This document shows, one piece after another, positions 25,039 to 32,000 of a stretch of DNA of 32,000 nt (position 1 is its first letter; each line of letters opens with the position of its first letter). Where the stretch lies: contig OZ245049.1 of the NCBI GenBank assembly GCA_965224465.1, positions 4,170,001 to 4,202,000 of the forward strand, in the 5' to 3' direction. The position numbers were made by a program, and so were the translations under genes. This DNA comes from Flavobacteriaceae bacterium (GTDB lineage: Bacteria > Bacteroidota > Bacteroidia > Flavobacteriales > Flavobacteriaceae). The notes below the pieces were generated by a model that had not been told where the DNA came from, made no database searches, and was given only the letters and a program-made list of their open reading frames with translations.

Positions 25039-27615
25039 TTAAAAATAAAATCGAAAGAAAAAATTAGGGTTTAGTCCTAATGATATTGTTGTGAATGTTT
25101 CAATTTTTACTGATTTATTATTGGAACTGTCGGTGTTGTCAGGTATATAAAAATCTGTATTTAGTATGTTCGATTTATTGTAAATATTGAGAACCGAAAA
25201 ACCAAACTCTCCTTTTGTTGAATTTATTTTTCTTGTAAAGTTAAAATGATACAATACCGAAAAATCCAAGCGATGGTAATCGGGTAAGTTTTTTGAATTT
25301 ATGGGAGCATATTCAATGGAATGTATGTTGTTTCTTGTTTTGATACCTATCGCATCGGTATATGGAGCTCCTGTTCTGTATTTCCATCCTAGTGAAAATT
25401 GATATTTTTTTAACGTGTAGGACTGAGACCAGGTAAGCGAATGGGTAATATCATTATTTCCATGGAAGGGATTTCCTTGGTTGATGTTTTCAAATGTATA
25501 ATTATTTGTAGCGTAGGTATATCCAATCCATGAAGTATAGTTGTTTATTTTCTTTTTTAGTAATATATCTATCCCTCGTATGGTGCTATTACCTTTTGAT
25601 AGATCGTTATTAATGGGTGATTTGAATCCTTTTGTAAGTGTGGTAAAGCCATTTATATTTTTATAATAGAAGTCGGTATTTATTTTCCATCCATTTTTAT
25701 TGATTGAAAAACCAAGTGTAAGTTGATCACTTTTCAAAATAGGGACACCTTCTCTATGTGCTAAAACCCATATTTGATTTTCGAGTCCTGGATTTGGATC
25801 TGAGAATTCCATAATTTGGCTTACAGATTGGTTCCTTTTTTCAGCAGAGCCTCTTAGTTTAAGTATATTTCCTGTTTGATATTCTATATGAAATCGGGGT
25901 TCTATAAAAAGCTCTTTTAAGGAAGAGTAATAATCTGCTCGCATTCCAAGATCTATATTCCATGCACTTAAATTTGAATAGTGAATCCCTGTATAGAATG
26001 CATGTGTTGTTCCATTTTTTGCATCTATTATAACATCAGTATTGGGTTCTTTGAATAGGTGACTAGCACTGGTAGAGAAGAATTGGTAACCTGTAGTTTG
26101 GGTAAAGTTTTCTGAAAGAATTAATTTGGAATGCATTTTTATTCCTAGCTCTTTAACATGGTTTTCTTTTCTTAGTGTGAGCGGTTTTTTTAAGTAATAA
26201 TTATATTCTTTTCCTTCATGAGAAAAATCATAGATGGAATTGTACAATTGAATTTTAGAAGATAAGTTTTGAGTCCAGTTTCTTTCCCATGTAGCACTCA
26301 TTCCTTTATTATAAATATTAAAGCTGTCTTTAAAGCTGTATCCGTTCTCATCAATATCTAGATTGTATTTCAGCCTGTTTTTTGTGTAGATACTGGAGAA
26401 GCTAAACCTGTTTTTTGGAGTGTTACTCAATATTTTAAAAGTATAGTCATAAAAGTAAAACGAGGCGTTTTCTTTAGAGTCGTCATTGGGATTGTAGTCA
26501 AAGTCCATGTTAAACCGTGTGTTTTGGAATGCTTTATCTGCAAATATTCCAAAGGTGAGGGTGCCTTCCTCAGATGAAATTGGTATCGATTTTCTTGCAG
26601 AAACAATAATTCCTATTTTTTTTGAAATTGGAATTTTAAGGCAAGCATTTCCATGTGTCATGTTAAGACCTATAGAACCAGTAGTTTTTTTTGGTGTTTT
26701 AGACTGGGTTTCAATGTCAATAATTCCTGCTATTCGATCTCCGTATTTTGGTTTTACTCCACTTTTATATATTTTAATATGATCGGTAATGTAGGGGTTG
26801 AATATGGATAGCATTCCGAAAAAATGATTGGAATTGTACATCTTTATTCCATCCCAAAGAATTAGGTTTTGATCTGGAGTTCCTCCTCTAATGTATAGGT
26901 CTGAGGCTGTTTCTGAAAGGCTTTCAATGCCTGGTAATAATTGTATGCTTTGTAAGACATCTGGTTCTGGAAGTCCTGCTAATATATCCACACTATTAAG
27001 CTTGAAATTTAGGGAACCATCTTTTGCTTTTACGATTGCAGTTGTGATATGTTTTTTAATTACAACCTCGTTTAATGCATAATTTTTTGAGGGAAGGATA
27101 TACGTATTGCAATTTATTTTTTCATTTAATTTCAGCGAGATATGGATCGTTTTGTAGCCTAAAAAAGAAATGGATATAATGTCGGTTGGTTTGCAGTTTT
27201 TAATGCTAAAAAACCCGTTTTTGTCAGTACTTGTTCCTACTGTTTTGTCTTGAGATATAATTGTAGCTTGGTGTATAGACTTTCCGTTTATTCCATTCTT
27301 TACATAGCCACAAAAAGTTATTTTGTCTAAAATCTTTACACTGTAAAAATTAGTATCTATCTGGTTGAAAACTAAGGGGTAGTTTTTTTCAATGGTTTCA
27401 ATTATTCCTTCTAGTGAACTGGTTTTTAATGCACACGTTATGTATTGCTTTTTAAGCTGGGTAGTGTTGTAGGCAAATTTAACATTAAACTTTTTTTCAA
27501 GACCATTCAGGATCTCAATAAAAGGTGTGTTTTTATAGTGAATACTCGCTGATGCTGTTTGGGCATTGGCATTCAAATAAACGATGAGGAAAGCAACAAT
27601 AAAAAATAATTTCAT
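25039..27615 (-). CDS. TonB-dependent receptor/transducer with N-terminal STN signalling and carboxypeptidase-regulatory-like domains
   Basis: 858 aa with a signal peptide, an STN-like N-terminal extension, a CarboxypepD_reg-like segment (CGYVKNGINGKSI), a plug and barrel, and a C-terminal aromatic residue. Its start codon abuts the FecR stop codon. Confidence 0.85.
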   Translation of the reverse strand: MKLFFIVAFLIVYLNANAQTASASIHYKNTPFIEILNGLEKKFNVKFAYNTTQLKKQYITCALKTSSLEGIIETIEKNYPLVFNQIDTNFYSVKILDKITFCGYVKNGINGKSIHQATIISQDKTVGTSTDKNGFFSIKNCKPTDIISISFLGYKTIHISLKLNEKINCNTYILPSKNYALNEVVIKKHITTAIVKAKDGSLNFKLNSVDILAGLPEPDVLQSIQLLPGIESLSETASDLYIRGGTPDQNLILWDGIKMYNSNHFFGMLSIFNPYITDHIKIYKSGVKPKYGDRIAGIIDIETQSKTPKKTTGSIGLNMTHGNACLKIPISKKIGIIVSARKSIPISSEEGTLTFGIFADKAFQNTRFNMDFDYNPNDDSKENASFYFYDYTFKILSNTPKNRFSFSSIYTKNRLKYNLDIDENGYSFKDSFNIYNKGMSATWERNWTQNLSSKIQLYNSIYDFSHEGKEYNYYLKKPLTLRKENHVKELGIKMHSKLILSENFTQTTGYQFFSTSASHLFKEPNTDVIIDAKNGTTHAFYTGIHYSNLSAWNIDLGMRADYYSSLKELFIEPRFHIEYQTGNILKLRGSAEKRNQSVSQIMEFSDPNPGLENQIWVLAHREGVPILKSDQLTLGFSINKNGWKINTDFYYKNINGFTTLTKGFKSPINNDLSKGNSTIRGIDILLKKKINNYTSWIGYTYATNNYTFENINQGNPFHGNNDITHSLTWSQSYTLKKYQFSLGWKYRTGAPYTDAIGIKTRNNIHSIEYAPINSKNLPDYHRLDFSVLYHFNFTRKINSTKGEFGFSVLNIYNKSNILNTDFYIPDNTDSSNNKSVKIETFTTISLGLNPNFFFRFYF

Positions 27616-28521
27616 TTATCTATCAACAAGAACAATGTTGTTCTTGTCAACAAAAGTAAACTTTATTTTTAAAGGTTCAAAAACTGTTTGCAATGCTTTT
27701 TCTAAATTACTATGTACAAAACCACCAGTATACCGAATTTTAGTGTTTACTTTCTTACTGTCTATGCTAATGTTGTATTGGTTTTCTAAGGCAGTTATTA
27801 CTTGGTTTAAAGGAGTGTTTGAAAAGCTACTTAATTTTTTTGTCCATGAGGGTGAATTCTCACTGATATTCCATTTTTCAAAAGAATTGTCTAGAAATCT
27901 AATGGCCTGACCTTGGTGAATTGTTTTAGAAAAGGGGGCTTTTTCTACTTTAACAGAACCTTTATAACAAGAAACTTCAAAAGTATTTTTACGGGCGTTT
28001 ACTGTAAATTGCGTGCCTATAACGCTCACGTCTCCTTGGGGTGTTACTACTTTGAAAGTAGACCCTTTGGCTACTTTAAAAAAAGCTTCTCCAGTTAAAT
28101 TTAAGCGTCTATTGTTTTTCCAAGCTCTTTTTTTATGTGTTAATGTAGAAGTAGCATTCAGTAATACTTGGGAGCTGTCTGGAAGTGAAATTGCTAACTG
28201 TTGTCCAGTGCTAGTGTTGTATTCGACGGTGTTCTTAAAGGAAAATACATAGGTGATTAATATAGCTATAGCTGCTACAGCACCGTATGTCCACAAGGAG
28301 AATACCGTGCTTTTTTTCTTTACATGTATTATTTTGTCTTGTGTTTTTTTTAATAAATATTCTTTGTCAAAACCTGGGAGTTCTAATAAATCAGTTCCTT
28401 TTAGAATGGATTTATAATGCTTGCATTCTTCGGTTTTTTCAAAAGACGCAATTTCGTGATCGGCTAAGGTTCCGTTAGCCCATTTAGCCAAAAAATTAGT
28501 TATGTTGTTACGTTTTTCCAT
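27616..28521 (-). CDS. FecR family anti-sigma factor / transmembrane sensor
   Basis: 301 aa with a single TM segment (WTYGAVAAIAILITYVF) and a FecR-like periplasmic domain. It lies between the ECF sigma factor and the receptor. Confidence 0.8.
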   Translation of the reverse strand: MEKRNNITNFLAKWANGTLADHEIASFEKTEECKHYKSILKGTDLLELPGFDKEYLLKKTQDKIIHVKKKSTVFSLWTYGAVAAIAILITYVFSFKNTVEYNTSTGQQLAISLPDSSQVLLNATSTLTHKKRAWKNNRRLNLTGEAFFKVAKGSTFKVVTPQGDVSVIGTQFTVNARKNTFEVSCYKGSVKVEKAPFSKTIHQGQAIRFLDNSFEKWNISENSPSWTKKLSSFSNTPLNQVITALENQYNISIDSKKVNTKIRYTGGFVHSNLEKALQTVFEPLKIKFTFVDKNNIVLVDR

Positions 28522-28660
28522 TTTTTAATGATGTTATAGCAATATTTTCCCAAATGATTGTTTAAAAACAGATCCTCAATCGGGTTGAGTGTCGGTTGTT
28601 TTTTGATAAAAAACAGAAAATAATTGATCTATATCTGTCATAACAATATTGTATTTGATA

Positions 28661-29134
28661 TTAAATAGCGATGCCAATTTTTTCTTTTAATTCCAAGAGT
28701 GCCAAATGCATTCTTCTTTCCACTGCTTTTTGAGTGATTCCTATAATTTCAGCAATTTCTCGGTATGTTTTGTTATCTTTTCTACTGAGTAAAAAAACCT
28801 CTCTTTGCTTTTGAGGTAAATTAGAAATACTCTGTTGTAATTTTATCAAAAACTCTTTTTCTTCCATTAAAAATTCAGGGCTATGGTCAAATAATTTAGA
28901 AGTGTCTACCGTTTCGTTGTATCTCAAAATTACTTTACAGTGTTTTACTTCGTTGAAAAAGGTGTTCTGAGCAATTTTCATGACAAAGGATTTTGCCTTT
29001 TCAAAGAGTACCTTCTTACAATTATTCCATAGTTTTATAAATGCTTCTTGGGTAATGTCTTCTGCTTGTTGAAGATTTCCACATTTATAATAAATAAAAT
29101 TCCGAATCACTTCAGAATGATTGTCAAAAATCAT
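28661..29134 (-). CDS. ECF-type RNA polymerase sigma-70 factor
   Basis: 157 aa. Region 2 (AEDITQEAFIKLW) and the region 4 HTH (YREIAEIIGITQKAVERRM) are present. The N-terminus is rather short. Confidence 0.8.
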   Translation of the reverse strand: MIFDNHSEVIRNFIYYKCGNLQQAEDITQEAFIKLWNNCKKVLFEKAKSFVMKIAQNTFFNEVKHCKVILRYNETVDTSKLFDHSPEFLMEEKEFLIKLQQSISNLPQKQREVFLLSRKDNKTYREIAEIIGITQKAVERRMHLALLELKEKIGIAI

Positions 29135-29288
29135 TTTAAAGTTCTGTTCTTCACAGATAGATTTTTTTTTGTCATCAATAAGGGGCTATGTTGTTGCTCC
29201 AAAACTAATTAAATATTTTCTAACATTAAAATATTAACATTCTTATTTTATTCAACCTGCATTTATAAGTACAACAACTTTCTTTTTG

Positions 29289-29354
29289 TTTACCCTATTT
29301 ATTTTAATGACTATCTATTTTTTTTAATAAATCTAAAAAAATAAATAGGGTAAA
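29289..29354. repeat. 17-bp perfect inverted repeat with 32-nt spacer in a long intergenic region
   Basis: TTTACCCTATTTATTTT (29289-29305) pairs with AAAATAAATAGGGTAAA (29338-29354). Confidence 0.8.
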
Positions 29355-29912
29355 GCAATTGTTTGTTGTTGTCTTTCTGAATACGAATATTAAAAACACA
29401 ATAAATGATGATGTAAACCACTCGCTTTCTTTTGAGGGCTGATTAAAAGTGCTTTCTGAAGAATAATGTAGACCTAGCGCCTCATAGAATACTATAGTTA
29501 AGAAATGCTATTTGGAGTGATTGAATAGGCATATTTGCTATAGATAGTAACAGCAATAGGGGCTGGTTTATAAGAGGGAAAATGCTATTTGTAAACAACT
29601 ATTAATAAAAACAGCTTAATATTAAGTGCCCGTTCCCATGGTTTGTTTGTGCCTGATGTTGCATGTAGAACTGCTTAAAAACAAAAATTAATATCGAATT
29701 AGATTAGAAATAAAAATGTATACAGGAAGGATTGGAGTGTTTAAGAAACACTAGAATACTGTTTTTTTTGTGTTTTCATGAATCTTTTGTATACCATGCG
29801 TATGAAATTCCATGAAGGGAAATTGTAATTAATAAAATTTAAGAATAAAAGAAATAAGGGGTGTTTTTATGTTTTGAATAAAAATAGGTCACTATTAAAA
29901 AAATAATTAAAA

Positions 29913-30281
29913 ATGAAAAATTTCATAAAATTTAGATTGAAAAGCTTTAAATATGCTTCTAGAGGTATGGTTCTATTGATACGGACAGAGCACAGCATTA
30001 TTGCGCAAACATCATTGTTTTTAATGATTATTTGCATGGGGATATTTTTTGGTATTTCAAAACAGGATTGGATCAATCAATTTCTTGCTATGGGACTTGT
30101 TTTAGCCACAGAGGGCATAAATACAGCGGTAGAAAAACTAGCGGATTTTGTACATATAGAACAACACCCTAAAATTGGTTTTATAAAAGATATTGCGGCT
30201 GGAGCTGTTGCATTTGCAGCACTTTTTGGTCTTATTATTTTTATAATTATTTATGTACCCTATTTTAAAGTCTATGTATAA
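29913..30281 (+). CDS. dgkA: Diacylglycerol kinase family protein (DgkA/undecaprenol kinase type)
   Basis: 122 aa with three TM segments. The motif ATEGINTAVEKLAD is typical of prokaryotic DAGK. Confidence 0.8.
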   Translation: MKNFIKFRLKSFKYASRGMVLLIRTEHSIIAQTSLFLMIICMGIFFGISKQDWINQFLAMGLVLATEGINTAVEKLADFVHIEQHPKIGFIKDIAAGAVAFAALFGLIIFIIIYVPYFKVYV

Positions 30282-32000
30282 TAAAATTTTTAACGGTCGT
30301 TTTTCCACATTGTATGCCTTTGTGATAGCGTACCTAATTATCTCATTTGTGATACGAAGTATCTTTTTCGTACTCTCTTATCAACAGATAGATTTTTCGT
30401 TTTTTAATGTATTAAGCATTCTTTCGCTTGGGTTTCTATACGATTTGGGAGCTGCAATTTTCTTTATATTTATTTATGCTAGTTATTTGCTTATTATTCC
30501 TTCAAAAATAATAGGGTCGGTTCTTGATAAAATAGCCATTTATTCGATTTTATCGTTGACTTTGTTTATCACAATATTTTCTTTTCTAGGAGAAATTCCT
30601 TTTTGGGAGGAGTTTAATACGCGGTATAATTTTATTGCTGTTGATTATTTAATTTACACGTACGAAGTAGTAGAAAATATCAATCAGTCTTATCCATTAC
30701 CTATGCTTATTGCATTGTTATTGTTTTTGTGTCTCGCATTGCTGTATATATTTACAGTAACTAAAAGATTTCAGAATACGTTTACTGTTAAAACAAGTTT
30801 TAAATCTAGATTTTTACACTTTTTGGGAATTCTATTTGTTTTCTTGTTTTATATTCAATGTGTAACTAATAAACAAGCTGAGGTAAGTGATAATACGTAC
30901 AATAATGAATTGTCTAAAAATGGTGTTTTTTCTTTTTTTGCAGCCTATCGATCTAACGAATTAGATTTTCATACATTTTATGCAACTTTAACTGAAAAAG
31001 AGGCATTTGATACAATGAGAAAGGAGTTAAAACAGGAGAATCAAGAATTTTTATCTACAGAAAATACTATATTTTTAAGGGATACTAAAAGCGATTCAAT
31101 TGCTTTAAAGCCAACAATCATATTAATCTGTCTCGAAAGTTTTAATGCGGATTTTATGCAGTCCTTTGGGAATACCAAAGGACTGACTCCAAATCTTGAT
31201 GCCTTAGCTAGTAAAAGTATTTTATTTACAGACATGTATGCAACAGGGACTCGTACAGTGAGGGGGATGGAAGCAATTACTTTAAGTGTGCCTCCTACTC
31301 CTGGTCATAGCATTGTGAGGCGACCAGGTAATAGTAATTTGTATTCCATAGCATCTGTTTTAAGACAACAAAAATACGATTTGAGTTTCTTTTACGGAGG
31401 AGATGGGTATTTTGATAATATGAATAGTTTTTTTGGAGGGCAAGGATTTGATATTGTTGATAGAAATAGAGGTAACCCATTGTCAGACGATATCAAAACA
31501 ATACGTACCAATATCACAGATGATGAAGTGACTTTTGAAAATGCTTGGGGGATTTGTGATGAAGATATTTATACCAAAGTGCTACAAACGGCAGATGCTA
31601 ATTATTTAGCAGGAAAATCTACGTTTAGTTTTGTGATGACTACATCTAACCACCGCCCCTATACTTTTCCTGATGGGAAAATTGATATGCCACAAGGATC
31701 AAGAGAAGCAGCTGTGAAATATACAGATTATGCTCTGGGTGATTTTATAAAGAAAGCACAACAAAAACCATGGTTTAAAAACACTGTCTTTGTGGTTGTC
31801 GCAGATCATTGTGCAAGTAGTGCTGGGAAATGGGATATTACTATTGATAAACATCATATCCCTGCATTTATCTATAATTTACCGGGGATTCCAGCAGAGA
31901 ATATTTCTAAATTGGTTTCTCAAATTGATATTATGCCTACTGTTTTTGGATATTTAAATTGGAATTATACCACGGCACTATACGGCAAGGATATTTGTCA
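30274..32000 (+). CDS. LTA synthase / phosphoglycerol-transferase (sulfatase-domain) family membrane protein, 3'-partial
   Basis: The ORF is open from ATG 30274 to the window end and is absent from the ORF track because it has no stop codon. The N-terminus has multiple TM segments. The sulfatase-type domain carries LICLESFNA, TRTVRGMEA, TSNHRPY and VADH. It overlaps the dgkA stop by 8 nt. Confidence 0.8.
   Translation, partial: MYNKIFNGRFSTLYAFVIAYLIISFVIRSIFFVLSYQQIDFSFFNVLSILSLGFLYDLGAAIFFIFIYASYLLIIPSKIIGSVLDKIAIYSILSLTLFITIFSFLGEIPFWEEFNTRYNFIAVDYLIYTYEVVENINQSYPLPMLIALLLFLCLALLYIFTVTKRFQNTFTVKTSFKSRFLHFLGILFVFLFYIQCVTNKQAEVSDNTYNNELSKNGVFSFFAAYRSNELDFHTFYATLTEKEAFDTMRKELKQENQEFLSTENTIFLRDTKSDSIALKPTIILICLESFNADFMQSFGNTKGLTPNLDALASKSILFTDMYATGTRTVRGMEAITLSVPPTPGHSIVRRPGNSNLYSIASVLRQQKYDLSFFYGGDGYFDNMNSFFGGQGFDIVDRNRGNPLSDDIKTIRTNITDDEVTFENAWGICDEDIYTKVLQTADANYLAGKSTFSFVMTTSNHRPYTFPDGKIDMPQGSREAAVKYTDYALGDFIKKAQQKPWFKNTVFVVVADHCASSAGKWDITIDKHHIPAFIYNLPGIPAENISKLVSQIDIMPTVFGYLNWNYTTALYGKDIC

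Noticed and set aside
29134-29175. Possible longer sigma-factor N-terminus from ATG 29175 (MTKK...), separated by an A9/T9 homopolymer that could be a frameshift or phase-variation tract.
   Set aside because: The upstream ATG is out of frame by one nucleotide and would add only 14 residues with no recognisable sigma region. The ORF from ATG 29134 is intact, so this is most likely coincidence.

Overview
Low-GC Bacteroidota (Flavobacteriia-like) chromosome segment. All calls come from reading the sequence and ORF translations; no database search was run. The window has four parts.
(1) 1-10.6 kb is a housekeeping and peptide-catabolism block. It holds an M49 DPP-III-like peptidase, an SRPBCC/GyrI-like protein, Tag glycosylase and an M20 dipeptidase. 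It also holds an operon of OCD/mu-crystallin reductase, a Cys/Thr proline-racemase-family enzyme (predicted trans-3-hydroxy-L-proline dehydratase) and a serine peptidase.
(2) 10.75-21.02 kb is a ~10.3 kb integrative element inserted in the 3' end of tRNA-Leu(UAG). It is bounded by a 24-bp direct repeat. It carries a tyrosine integrase, an Xis-like HTH protein, a P4/D5-type SF3 helicase, a Zn-ribbon/Toprim primase-like protein, several ORFans and two secreted/lipoprotein cargo genes. An IS66 (8-bp TSD) has landed inside one copy of an internal 62-bp direct repeat. No capsid, terminase, relaxase or T4SS genes are present, so the layout is phage-satellite-like.
(3) 21.1-25.0 kb is a patch of repeats and mobile-element debris. 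A Y1 (RAYT/IS200-like) transposase pseudogene is split by an IS30-family element. Next to it lies a ~760-bp composite array with a ~130-bp period of hairpin-bearing REP-like units, cut by an IS1595-family element (8-bp TSD). One copy of a GC-rich structured element lies here, and a second inverted copy is at 9.06-9.15 kb.
(4) 25.0-32.0 kb holds an ECF sigma/FecR/TonB-dependent transducer module, a 780-bp non-coding gap with a 17-bp perfect inverted repeat, dgkA and a 3'-truncated LTA-synthase/sulfatase-family gene.
The main candidates for follow-up are the satellite-like island (including a possible -1 frameshift site upstream of its helicase), the RAYT-associated repeat array and the unassigned structured repeat family.
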